Source of the DNA: Candidatus Woesearchaeota archaeon
Lineage (GTDB): Archaea > Nanobdellota > Nanobdellia > Woesearchaeales > GW2011-AR9
DNA: 64,000 bases
Direction of reading: 5' to 3'
NCBI GenBank assembly: GCA_018696595.1
Contig: JABHQW010000005.1
Location: 1-64,000, forward strand
Both the position numbers and the translations under genes were made by a program. The notes under the pieces were generated by a model. It saw nothing but the letters and a program-made list of their open reading frames with translations, ran no database searches and was not told the DNA's origin. Shown here in pieces: positions 17,486 through 26,923 of this stretch; position 1 is the first letter of the stretch; each line of letters begins with the position of its first letter.

Positions 17486-20400
17486 TTAATAATTCTTAAC
17501 TCTGAAAATTAAATAAATACTAGATAGAATTACAATTAACCCAATGATACCCACTAAAACTAATCCCTGGGTTCCTAAATCAGAAAATGTATCTACAGAA
17601 AATGCCCCTGTGATTAAACTAAACATTCCAGATTCTGGTTCGTTTTCTTCTGTCTTAGAATTGTCTGCTTCTAAAATTTCTTGAACTTCAACAGTTTCTT
17701 CAACTAACTTGGTTTCAGGTTCTTCTTCAATCTCTTCAATAGGAGTATCAGCAACTGTTTCAGTTACAGCAGCAGAAGTTACTGTTGTAGATCCTCCACT
17801 ATTAGAACTTCCCCCAGAACCGCCTCCAGATCCGCCTCCAGATCCGCCAGACCCACCACTAGAACTAGAATCACTGGAGTCAGAATCACTACTTGCACAA
17901 GCACTACAACTTCCGCCACAATCTGTTCCCGTTTCATCACCGTTCTGAGAACTGTCTGAACAGGAAGTGAAAGTTACAAAATAAGTGCCAATATTTTGAT
18001 TATTAGAATTGTCAAAAGCGCTAACATTAATTTGATGAACCCCAACATCTTCATTTTCAAACGTAATAGTCCAAGAACATTCTTTAGTTGTGCTGTCAGT
18101 ATCTTCACAATAAGAATCTGTGGGGAAAGTTATGTTGTCAAAAAGAACAGTCAAATCTGAGATGCCAGAATAATCATTTACAGTAACACCTAAAGACATT
18201 GCCCCGTCCCTTTCTAAATGCACTTCAGAATCGTAAACAGTAGAGATTTCAGGACCAATACTTTCGTTAGCAATTATAACAATTTCCCTTGAAACATTCC
18301 CATAAGAATCAGAAACTCCAACACTAACTGTAAAAGTTCCAGCTGAACTATAAATATGACTTGGATTTTGTTCAGTTGAAGTTGTAGAATCACCAAAGTC
18401 CCATAAGTAAGTCAGAGCATCCCCGTCGGAATCAGAAGCGATTGTAGTAAATTGTGTTTCTGCTCCCACCTCAACAACAATATTATCGTCAGGAGCAGTA
18501 ATATTAATTATTGGTAAACGATTTTGAACAATAAAAATAAACAATTCAGAAACCCCAACATTTCCAGCAAAATCTGTTGCATAAAAGCGATAACTAACAA
18601 CCTCTTGATTAGATAAATTACTATTTCCTTCAAAAGAATAATTATAAGTATTATTTGATTCTAGGTCCATCGAATAATTAATCCAAGTCCCAGAAAAATT
18701 TGAAGAGAACAAAACAGCAGAATTATCTAAATTATTATCTGAAACATCAACAGTAAGAATAACAAAATTTTCATTATAAACAATTCCTGGGTCTCGAGTA
18801 ATTGCAGATAAGAAAGGAGTAGCTCTATCCACAGTGAATTGTACCTCTTCTCTCACTGAATTGTTAAAATCGTCTGTGGCAAAAACAAGTAAGGTATAAA
18901 CCCCATCTACTAAAGAAACAGAATCGTTTAGGATAAAATAATTATAAGTTAGATTTGAAAAAGAGTTATTTTGTATCAAAACTCCAGAAGTATTAGTAAT
19001 ATTAAATCCTATAACAGAAAAGAGATCTCCATCCGATAATGTAATATTGAGATTAAAGTCATTATTGTAATATGAATTGTTAGTAGGAAGATTAAAAGTA
19101 ATGATGGTTACGTTATCAGTAACATTCCCTGTATTATTATCTGATTGATTAGACTCTTCAGAAACAATAAAGTCAACAGTTCTTAGTTCAGTAATGTTAA
19201 TATTATTTGCTAAATCAAACCCATATACACGATAATTATAAGTTCCATTGGATAAGTTTGTTTTTGTCAAATAAAAGTTAGCCTCGCTACCAGACATTGA
19301 TTGATTAGTTGAATTAAGCCCATCATCCCATTCTAATACTGCTTGACCAAGATGTTCATTACTAGTAATGTTAATTATAAAGGTAGAGTTTTCTTCGCTT
19401 GCATCCATCGGAGTAGGGTCCACAAAATTAATTCTTGGAATGGTTGCATCTAAAGAAATGATTGCTTGATAAACATCAACCAAAGAAAAGTTCAATTCAT
19501 TTCTATTATCATAAACACTCTTACCAGTAGACTGTAAAATTGATTTTATTTCTGCTGGTGTTAAAGTAGCATTATTAATTTGTTTACTAAACTGTTGTAA
19601 TAACATTGCGGTTCCAGCAACATGGGGAGCAGCCATCGAAGTTCCACTTTTGGTACCAAACTTATCTAAAAGAATTGTAGACTTAATTGCGTGGCCAGGA
19701 GCTAAAACACCGAGAATAGGAGCAGTATTAAACCCAGAAACCTGACCAGATTTGGTTACAGAACCCACTGAAGTAACATTCTCTCCACAAGAAGGAGCAG
19801 TTATTCCCAAAGCACCTTTACTATTTCCCGAAGAAGCATCAACAAAAATTCCTTGTGAAGCCGCCCAACTAGATTTTGCTGCCAAGGGATCATTAGCATC
19901 ACAAGTGGTTAAATAAGGAATTTCATTTCCTTGATTATCAGTTACACCAATACTCATTGTAATTGCAGAAATGTTAAATTTCGATGCATTGTAAACACAC
20001 CAATCAATTGCAGCTAAAGCATAAGCAGTATTTCCAGAACCAGAATCAGAAAAAACTTTCATTGCTACAATTTTTGCTCCTGGGGCGACGCCACGATACT
20101 TTGAATCTTCAGAAGCAACAATTCCTGCGACGTGAGTTCCATGACCATGAACATCTTGAGGATCATTATCATTATTACCAAAATCATAACCCCTAATTAC
20201 TTTTTCACAACTATTATTCAAGAATTCTTCAGTAGTACAACCACCTAAAGCAGAATGAGTATAATCCACACCAGTATCAATGATACAAACCGTTTCTCCG
20301 TTTCCGTCAAGATTAATCCCATTGTAAGTTAAATCGTTAACATCATCCGCATTAATTAAAGAAACAGAATCGTCTAGTGAGAAAGTAATGGGATTGTTAA

Positions 20401-20875
20401 AATCAATTCTTTCAACATTAGAATTTTCTTTAAGTTTCTCTAATCCCTTTTTAGTAATTTCTCCAGCAATAGCGTTAATAGTAATATATTGTTGTTCTAC
20501 TTTTAGTTCTGGTTGTTCAGTAACACCCAAAAAACCTCCTTGTTCTTCCAATTCAAAACCAGACAAAACTTCTTCTTGTTTTTCTTTAATGGCTTCAACA
20601 CGTTCTCCAAGATTTTCTGTTTGAGTTCCTTCGTCCTCTCTCAAGGAGATGATTACAGACACTTTTCCTTCTTGAACCCCAATAGCATTCCCAGTGATTG
20701 AATTGCCTTCCGGATTAGACAAAAGTCTCTCTATTGTAGGATCAACAATAACTTCTGACAAAGGACTGATTTCAGTTTGAGAAGTAAAATCTAAGTTAGC
20801 AACAAAAAAGTTAATGAAGAACAAACTAACAATAAGCAATATTGCTGTTCCAATTACACGCCCTCTTTTATTCAT
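17486..20875 (-). CDS. Surface-anchored subtilisin-like S8 protease with Ig/PKD domains
   Basis: Catalytic triad motifs IIDTG, HGHGTHVAG, GTSMAAPHV; PKD motif LWDFGD; Ser/Gly linker; C-terminal TM. Confidence 0.92.
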   Translation of the reverse strand: MNKRGRVIGTAILLIVSLFFINFFVANLDFTSQTEISPLSEVIVDPTIERLLSNPEGNSITGNAIGVQEGKVSVIISLREDEGTQTENLGERVEAIKEKQEEVLSGFELEEQGGFLGVTEQPELKVEQQYITINAIAGEITKKGLEKLKENSNVERIDFNNPITFSLDDSVSLINADDVNDLTYNGINLDGNGETVCIIDTGVDYTHSALGGCTTEEFLNNSCEKVIRGYDFGNNDNDPQDVHGHGTHVAGIVASEDSKYRGVAPGAKIVAMKVFSDSGSGNTAYALAAIDWCVYNASKFNISAITMSIGVTDNQGNEIPYLTTCDANDPLAAKSSWAASQGIFVDASSGNSKGALGITAPSCGENVTSVGSVTKSGQVSGFNTAPILGVLAPGHAIKSTILLDKFGTKSGTSMAAPHVAGTAMLLQQFSKQINNATLTPAEIKSILQSTGKSVYDNRNELNFSLVDVYQAIISLDATIPRINFVDPTPMDASEENSTFIINITSNEHLGQAVLEWDDGLNSTNQSMSGSEANFYLTKTNLSNGTYNYRVYGFDLANNINITELRTVDFIVSEESNQSDNNTGNVTDNVTIITFNLPTNNSYYNNDFNLNITLSDGDLFSVIGFNITNTSGVLIQNNSFSNLTYNYFILNDSVSLVDGVYTLLVFATDDFNNSVREEVQFTVDRATPFLSAITRDPGIVYNENFVILTVDVSDNNLDNSAVLFSSNFSGTWINYSMDLESNNTYNYSFEGNSNLSNQEVVSYRFYATDFAGNVGVSELFIFIVQNRLPIINITAPDDNIVVEVGAETQFTTIASDSDGDALTYLWDFGDSTTSTEQNPSHIYSSAGTFTVSVGVSDSYGNVSREIVIIANESIGPEISTVYDSEVHLERDGAMSLGVTVNDYSGISDLTVLFDNITFPTDSYCEDTDSTTKECSWTITFENEDVGVHQINVSAFDNSNNQNIGTYFVTFTSCSDSSQNGDETGTDCGGSCSACASSDSDSSDSSSSGGSGGSGGGSGGGSGGSSNSGGSTTVTSAAVTETVADTPIEEIEEEPETKLVEETVEVQEILEADNSKTEENEPESGMFSLITGAFSVDTFSDLGTQGLVLVGIIGLIVILSSIYLIFRVKNY
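17820..17848. repeat. 12-bp tandem repeat encoding the GGS linker of the S8 protease
   Basis: CCGCCTCCAGAT x2 plus a partial third copy. Confidence 0.7.
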
Positions 20876-20895
20876 CTTTGATGTTTGTGATTGTT

Positions 20896-21813
20896 TTAAA
20901 TTAACATTAAGCCGTTATTATTTTCTAACAATATAGCCCCAATGCCCTTGCCTAAGTTAAATGAAAGATCTGTAAATACTTGTGACAAGACGTCTAAGAG
21001 TCCCACTTCCTTTTGATACACTAAAAAGTTAACCTCTTCTAGACCATAAGTTTCTTGAATATATTCTTTAGCAATTTCTTTATCTCCCAGTTGATCAATC
21101 AATCCCAAGTCAAGTGCTTCCACTCCTAAAAAGATTTCTCCAGTTGCTAGTTTTTCCACTTGACTTTTCTCAAGATTTCTATTATTGGCAATCTCTTCAA
21201 TGAAATAATCATGAATTTTATTTATTTTACCTTGAAGATATTTCTCTTCATCCTCAGTTAACTTCTTAAATGGAGTGCCAACATCTTTTTTGTCACCTGC
21301 AACTAATCTTTGATAACTAATACCGTATTTATCCATTAGGTCACTAAATTCCATATAAGAAGATAACACACCTATGCTTCCAGTAATAGACATCTTGTTA
21401 GCAATAATATGATCTGTTGCAGAAGCAACCCAATAACCACCAGAAGCCCCAGCTTCTCTAATTAAAGAAACAGTTGGCTTTTTTGTTCTTTTAATTGCTG
21501 TAGCAATTTCGTCAGTAGCAACTGCACTACCGCCTGGAGAATTAATTTCAATTAGTATTACTTCAATCTGTTCATTCTCTGCAGCAGATTCTATGAATCT
21601 TACGATGTCTTTAGAGGAGATTGTACTTGATCCTAGATAACTCGCCCCATTACCAGTAATTGTTCCTTCTACTGAAATCAAAGCCACGTTCTCTGCTTCA
21701 TAGTTTATGAAAGATGAGAATAATGGAATTACAATGAAACCAACAATGATTACAGACAATACTGCAAGAAATATAGGTACTACTAGACTTTTCTTTTGTT
21801 TCCTCTTTTTCAT
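20896..21813 (-). CDS. sppA: Signal peptide peptidase SppA (S49)
   Basis: INSPGGS, ASGGYWVA, TGSIGV, KDVGTPF motifs. Confidence 0.92.
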   Translation of the reverse strand: MKKRKQKKSLVVPIFLAVLSVIIVGFIVIPLFSSFINYEAENVALISVEGTITGNGASYLGSSTISSKDIVRFIESAAENEQIEVILIEINSPGGSAVATDEIATAIKRTKKPTVSLIREAGASGGYWVASATDHIIANKMSITGSIGVLSSYMEFSDLMDKYGISYQRLVAGDKKDVGTPFKKLTEDEEKYLQGKINKIHDYFIEEIANNRNLEKSQVEKLATGEIFLGVEALDLGLIDQLGDKEIAKEYIQETYGLEEVNFLVYQKEVGLLDVLSQVFTDLSFNLGKGIGAILLENNNGLMLI

Positions 21814-21880
21814 TATAAGAATAAAATGTAAAAAGTATATAAATCTTGTTGTTAAAATAAAATCAATTAAGTTATTAAAT

Positions 21881-22513
21881 TTAAGAATGATATCGGTCCC
21901 TAGCTTTTGGATGAGAGGCTAGAACAATAATTTTCGCATTCCCGGAATCACCCTCTACTTTATCAGTAATATCTTCAACTGCAAAGTCCATATTTCTAGT
22001 TAAAACTTTTTTTAAGTATCCGCGAGAAACATTTAAAGTATCAGCTAACTTTGTTTGACTAACATCAGAATCATAACCACACAACCCAGCAAGTTGATCT
22101 TTTCCAATACTGTAAGCCGGCAAGATCTGATCTGGCTTCCAGGTCCATTCTGGACAACTTAACTCGTCTGCAACTTCAGTTAAGACTGAAACTAAACGAG
22201 ATTCTCCATGAACACAATGTAATTCAATCCTAGTAAGGAGATTATTTCGTTCATATGTTGGGGGATGAACTTCTTGATGGTCATTCTCCATCCCTAAAAT
22301 AACTGTCTTTCGAGGATCATCAATAACGGCCAGTGCTGTATAATAAATTGTTTCAAATTCATCATCAACATCCTCACCATGTTCAATTTTCTCGTACCAT
22401 AAACCCCTATGATGTAATTCACTAATAAGGTTCTGCATTCCTTGTGTTTTTTCTTCAATAGTATAGCCAGTTAATAAAACGACTCTCCCTGGTCTAATTA
22501 TATCTTTATCCAT
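21881..22513 (-). CDS. Hypothetical protein (210 aa)
   Basis: ORF with upstream TATA; no domain recognised. Confidence 0.6.
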   Translation of the reverse strand: MDKDIIRPGRVVLLTGYTIEEKTQGMQNLISELHHRGLWYEKIEHGEDVDDEFETIYYTALAVIDDPRKTVILGMENDHQEVHPPTYERNNLLTRIELHCVHGESRLVSVLTEVADELSCPEWTWKPDQILPAYSIGKDQLAGLCGYDSDVSQTKLADTLNVSRGYLKKVLTRNMDFAVEDITDKVEGDSGNAKIIVLASHPKARDRYHS

Positions 22514-22581
22514 GATTAGAATGTGTTTTGTGTTTAGTTATAAATATTGTTTAACTAGAAGATATAGGTCAGGAAGAAAAG

Positions 22582-23073
22582 TTATAAAGATTTTAACAAA
22601 GCATCCATGGCAGAAACTACACCTGGGCGCTCTTTTCTAGCAGGAAAAATATGAAAATGTAAATGGTCAATTGTTTGGCCCGCTTCTTTTCCTCGATTCC
22701 CCCCAGAGTTATATCCAGTGGGCATAATTCTTAAATCAGGATGACTAAGCATCTTCTCAGCACAATGGCCAGCTTTTTCAAAAGATGGTTTTTGTTTAAC
22801 CATTTCATAAAAAGCAACAACTCTTTCAACATCTGTGTCATAAATCCTTTGTAGTTCTTCAAAAGCCTCGGGAATAGCACATAAAAGCCCCCTTGATTCC
22901 ATACTACCTAGTTCTCTTAAATCTTCAACATGTCTCCTTGGAAAAACAAGTAATTGCCCTGGAATAATTGGATCAAACGTTAATATTGCACCAGCATGTT
23001 GGTTCTCGTAGATTAAAGTGCCATTCTGTTTCCAAATAGCATAATCATCGCAAAAAATATCTTTCTGATCCAT
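22582..23073 (-). CDS. HIT family nucleotide hydrolase
   Basis: PIIPGQLLVFPRRH and AGQTIDHLHFHIFP. Confidence 0.85.
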   Translation of the reverse strand: MDQKDIFCDDYAIWKQNGTLIYENQHAGAILTFDPIIPGQLLVFPRRHVEDLRELGSMESRGLLCAIPEAFEELQRIYDTDVERVVAFYEMVKQKPSFEKAGHCAEKMLSHPDLRIMPTGYNSGGNRGKEAGQTIDHLHFHIFPARKERPGVVSAMDALLKSL

Positions 23074-23120
23074 AAATATTCAAAACCAGGGTGTTTTTAT
23101 AAAGTTTAGTTAGAAAAATG

Positions 23121-23190
23121 TAGCCCCGTTCAGACACCAATTGAATAACTATTCACAAATAAGGGCCTACTTGTAGGGACTCGAACCATC
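23121..23190 (-). pseudogene. Degenerate tRNA 3' remnant (putative distal att site)
   Basis: Minus strand ..GGTTCGAG..(hairpins)..TCTGAACGGGGCTA, i.e. a T-loop motif plus the same GGGGCTA acceptor end as tRNA-Gln. Confidence 0.55.
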
Positions 23191-23480
23191 TGGATTGACT
23201 CCTTTTTTATGTATGTAGAAATTGATTGAGATTTATAAATCTTTGCAGAAATATTAGTTTCGTATATAGAAATTAGTGTTTTTTAAAATTGTCAAATTGA
23301 TTATAAAAATTCTGTATGTGGTTAATTTTTTGATTTCTTTAATTCTTGAAAAAGTCTGAATTTTTTCACCATACAAAACCACATTTTTTCACTAAAAATA
23401 GGCATTTTCTCGTCGATAAAAAGATTTTTATAGAAGTTATACTCTTAATCAATTTATTACTTTTTTGATGGAAAAATAAA

Positions 23481-23621
23481 ATGAAAAATAAACAAATGAT
23501 TTTCAAGCTGGAAATGGACTTATACGAAAGAGTAAGAAGTCAAGCTTTCCGAAGAAGGACAAGTATGTCTGAATTATGCAGAAAATCGTTAAGTTGTTTT
23601 TTGGAGAATATTGATGACTAA
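23481..23621 (+). CDS. Small ribbon-helix-helix (CopG-like) regulator, 46 aa
   Basis: Below the track threshold; hand translation MKNKQMIFKLEMDLYERVRSQAFRRRTSMSELCRKSLSCFLENIDD. Confidence 0.7.
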   Translation: MKNKQMIFKLEMDLYERVRSQAFRRRTSMSELCRKSLSCFLENIDD

Positions 23622-23739
23622 AACATTAATTGATGAGCTACAACTTATTGAAAAGAATATATATCTTAATAGAATTCGTTCTAATCGTAGTTTAAGGCCC
23701 CTAGAGAAAAATTCAAAGGAAGGTGGGGATTTATCATGA
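23614..23739 (+). CDS. Small hypothetical ORF (41 aa)
   Basis: Overlaps both neighbours (start inside the RHH gene end, ATGA overlap with 23736), suggesting translational coupling. Confidence 0.35.
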   Translation: MTKTLIDELQLIEKNIYLNRIRSNRSLRPLEKNSKEGGDLS

Positions 23740-23975
23740 GAATTACACCTCTAAAAGCTGTTAGACTCAAATGTCTTGAAGATTGTATGTGTGGTGCTTT
23801 TAATGAAGTTAAAGCATGTTCAAGTATTTCTTGTAACTTATGGAAATTCAGATTAAATAAACACCCATTCACTAAAAAAAATAGAAATGATCCTTTCTTA
23901 CAAGAATCTAATTTTGAAGGATTGGAAAATAAATCTGCTAAGGAAGTGATAAAAATTATTGAAAATAAGAAATAG
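23736..23975 (+). CDS. Cys-rich small mobile-element protein (probable Zn-binding)
   Basis: TPLKAVRLKCLEDC..EVKAC..SCNLWKFRL, a pattern I recall from small phage/ICE proteins; RBS GGTGGGGA. Confidence 0.7.
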   Translation: MRITPLKAVRLKCLEDCMCGAFNEVKACSSISCNLWKFRLNKHPFTKKNRNDPFLQESNFEGLENKSAKEVIKIIENKK

Positions 23976-24043
23976 ATTGTAGACGAGATGATTAGTATAC
24001 GAAACTCCAAAGTGTTTGAAGGAGGAATTGAAAAGGATTAAAA

Positions 24044-24235
24044 ATGGAAATAATCAAGATTGTATGGAAAGATAATGGAAAAACAAAGATTGCTAAAGGT
24101 AGTCTTATTGAAGAAGATAATTCATTTATCACCGTAGCATCTGAAAGTGGGGATAACATTTCTGTTTCAAAATCATTTATTGTTTCTATAAAGAGATACA
24201 ATAAAATATTTGAGAAAGGTGATTCAAATGCCTGA
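24044..24235 (+). CDS. Small Sm/Hfq-like fold protein
   Basis: Five-strand pattern IKIVWKD / KIAKGSLIEED / SFITV / ISVSKSFI / VSIK. Confidence 0.5.
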   Translation: MEIIKIVWKDNGKTKIAKGSLIEEDNSFITVASESGDNISVSKSFIVSIKRYNKIFEKGDSNA

Positions 24236-25190
24236 CTCAATACAAATAATGTCTCTTAGAAATCTTATTGAAAGTGATATTCCAGAGCCAGAATGGTGGG
24301 TTAAAGATATTTTACCGAAAAGAGGAACTACTATTATAGGGGGCGATAGTGGAAATAAAAAAACATTTCTTGCATTAGAAATTGCAATTAAATGTAGTAC
24401 TGGGGGAGATTTTCTTGATATGTTTGAATGTAAAAAAGCTAAAGTTCTATATATTGATGAAGAGAATGATAAATCTTTAATTAAATCAAGAATGATAAAA
24501 TTATTGAAAGGAAATCAAATATATGAAATTCCCAATCTTCTTGCTTTTGCTTTTGGAAATCAATTAAAATTAAATAAAAAAGGTAAAGGTTTATTAGATA
24601 AATTATTAACTGAATATAAACCAGATATAGTAATCTTGGATTCTATGGTTCGTTTTATTGAGGGGGATGAAGATAGGTCTTCAGATGTAAAAAAGAATAC
24701 TGGCGTTTTGAAATTTTTAACAAATAAACATAATTGTAGCTTTCTTGTATTGCATCATACTACTAAAAGAAAACCTGGAAGTAAACATTCTCTTAGAGGA
24801 TCAGGGGAATTTTCAGCATTTGTTGATTTATTGATAATGGTGAGTGGAACTGTTAACTTAAAGCTTAAACAAGAAAAAAATAGATATGATGGTGCAGTCG
24901 AGATTGGAGGATTTGAATTAATTGATTGTGAAAACAATGGTTTGAAAGTTGTTTCCATTGAAATTGATAAAAATACAAAGACTAAATTTGAGCAATCAAA
25001 AGAGATAATACCCAAATGGATTTCAGAAAAGAAAGTGTCACAGAAAGTATCTTTTAATGATATTTGGAAATATATGGAATCAAAAGGGTTCAAGAGAAGT
25101 TTAATTTCTAAAGCTCTTAAAACAATTAGTGAAGAAGGAATATTAGTCAAACATAAACATGGAATTTATGAAATTCCAAAATCCAATTGA
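24228..25190 (+). CDS. RecA/RepA-type AAA helicase-like ATPase with C-terminal wHTH
   Basis: WWVKDILP..TTIIGGDSGNKKT (variant Walker A), VLYIDEEN, IVILDS, LVLHHTTK, LRGSG. Start taken at MPDS. Confidence 0.8.
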   Translation: MPDSIQIMSLRNLIESDIPEPEWWVKDILPKRGTTIIGGDSGNKKTFLALEIAIKCSTGGDFLDMFECKKAKVLYIDEENDKSLIKSRMIKLLKGNQIYEIPNLLAFAFGNQLKLNKKGKGLLDKLLTEYKPDIVILDSMVRFIEGDEDRSSDVKKNTGVLKFLTNKHNCSFLVLHHTTKRKPGSKHSLRGSGEFSAFVDLLIMVSGTVNLKLKQEKNRYDGAVEIGGFELIDCENNGLKVVSIEIDKNTKTKFEQSKEIIPKWISEKKVSQKVSFNDIWKYMESKGFKRSLISKALKTISEEGILVKHKHGIYEIPKSN

Positions 25191-25204
25191 TATAAGGACA
25201 TAGG

Positions 25205-25249
25205 TTGGAAAACTTTTAACCCTTAAGGGTGTTAAAAGTAATTTTCCAA
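25205..25249. repeat. 45-bp imperfect palindrome just downstream of the helicase gene (candidate origin or terminator)
   Basis: TTGGAAAA-CTTTTAAC-CCTTAAGG-GT-GTTAAAAG-TAA-TTTTCCAA, with nearby TTCCA(A) repeats. Confidence 0.55.
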
Positions 25250-25322
25250 TATTCCAAATTCCAGATGTTTCAAATTAAGAGGATTGGATTTTGGATTTTT
25301 AATTAAGCGAGGTAAAACTAAA

Positions 25323-25703
25323 ATGGGAAGATATGTAACAGGAGATTGGAAATGGAAATTTGAATTAGGTGAACAAAATAGTTCATTTGGTAGAATAATG
25401 GAACAAATTTGTATGAACTGTAGCAAATGCAATTGTAAAAGAGAAGGGCCAACTAATATTCGTGGTGAATTGAGTGAAAAAATAGAATTAGATATAAAAG
25501 ACCCAAAGGAGTTCATCAATTCTTGTATGAAATTCATTGGTAACTTTAAAAGAAAACGTCTAGAAGAGAAATATATCTCTAAACATGGTGACTTGATATT
25601 CGAGAAAGAATATTGGGACAAACTAATGATTAGAACTTTCTTAAAAGATATGAAAGAAGATTTGTACTATAAAGAAATTTTGCATTTTTATGTGGAACAT
25701 TAA
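25323..25703 (+). CDS. Hypothetical protein
   Basis: ATG after GAGGT; MGRYVTGDWKWKF... Confidence 0.6.
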   Translation: MGRYVTGDWKWKFELGEQNSSFGRIMEQICMNCSKCNCKREGPTNIRGELSEKIELDIKDPKEFINSCMKFIGNFKRKRLEEKYISKHGDLIFEKEYWDKLMIRTFLKDMKEDLYYKEILHFYVEH

Positions 25704-26085
25704 TTTGATATTTAATGATGACCTATAAATTGGAAATTTTCACAAAAGATATATTTCGCCCACCTCATTATATTAAAGGTTCAAAATTGCAAGTTTTTAG
25801 TAACCATTGTAAGTTCTTAATATTTCTAAACTTTTAGTAAAATGGATGATTTATTTTTTTGAAATGTCTTCAATAGGTTATATTATTTATTGAAAAATAT
25901 TATAGTTAATATAAACTATTATTTGGGCCATTTTTTATAAAAATAAATGACTCATTTTAGCTCCAATCAATATTTATAATGTTATATATAACAAAACCTA
26001 AAATAATGGTTAGTTTCCTTACTAGAAAGGCAATTTTAGTGAAAAATTTATTGATTTTAAGTCATTTTGTATGGCAAAACGAGTG

Positions 26086-26148
26086 GGATCTATATTTTTA
26101 GATCCAAAAAACCAAAACCTTTATATAAGGATCTACATTTATAGATCT
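26086..26148 (+). promoter_or_regulatory. BREX promoter: TATA box flanked by two 20-bp operator-like palindromes
   Basis: GGATCTA-TATTTT-TAGATCC (26086-26105), TTTATATA (26120-26127), GGATCTA-CATTTA-TAGATCT (26129-26148), ATG at 26150. Confidence 0.75.
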
Positions 26149-26149
26149 C

Positions 26150-26923
26150 ATGAGTTCAAAAAATGTAACTTTGAATGTGGATTCCAGATTATATGACCAA
26201 TATAGATCATATTGCAGAAAAAATAGAGTATTAGTTTCTCAACAATTTGAAATTATGATGGAAGAAAAGGTTGGTTCTAGTTACAAAAAAGAAAAATCCA
26301 AATCTAAAATTATATCTAATGGAGGTATTAACAAATATGTTGGTTCTTTAACTGGCGAGCCAATTATGATTCATGAGAATAAAATTGTTGCAAACTTATT
26401 ATTAAAAGACCAATCTCCTAGTTCTATTAAGGAACTTGTTGTTCAAGAAAACTTATTTGGATACAAGACCACTAAAAGTATCCCAAAAAGAGTGAATTCT
26501 ATCTTAAAGAGAATAGGAAATCTTGATAATTTATTGCTTAATAAGATTGTTAATGATCTAAGCGGTGATGGAAGAGTTGTAATTTTATATTCTATTTATT
26601 TAAGGGATAGATTATTTAATGAATTATTGAATGAATTGATTATAGAAAAATTTGCTATAAGGGATTTTGAATTTGAAAAGAGAATGATCCAAAAGTTCAT
26701 TAGCGATAAGTCCGAAGATGAGAAAAAGATTCAAGAATTTACTAAAGAAACAAAAGATAAGTTAGGAACTGTTATGTTTAATATTTTAAAGGAAGTAGGA
26801 TTAGTTGTATCACTAGATAAATCATACAAATTACATAATTTAATGATTAGTTCTGAGTTGAGAAATTATTATGAAAATAAAGGAGAAACTAAATTTCTAA
26901 GAAGTTTGGGTGCATCATTATGA
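26150..26923 (+). CDS. brxA: BrxA (DUF1819) with N-terminal RHH fusion
   Basis: KYVGSLTGE..ENLFG..LYSIYLRDRLF BrxA core from ~residue 62; first ~40 aa (NVTLNVDSRLYDQYRSYC..VSQQFE) are RHH-like. Confidence 0.85.
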   Translation: MSSKNVTLNVDSRLYDQYRSYCRKNRVLVSQQFEIMMEEKVGSSYKKEKSKSKIISNGGINKYVGSLTGEPIMIHENKIVANLLLKDQSPSSIKELVVQENLFGYKTTKSIPKRVNSILKRIGNLDNLLLNKIVNDLSGDGRVVILYSIYLRDRLFNELLNELIIEKFAIRDFEFEKRMIQKFISDKSEDEKKIQEFTKETKDKLGTVMFNILKEVGLVVSLDKSYKLHNLMISSELRNYYENKGETKFLRSLGASL

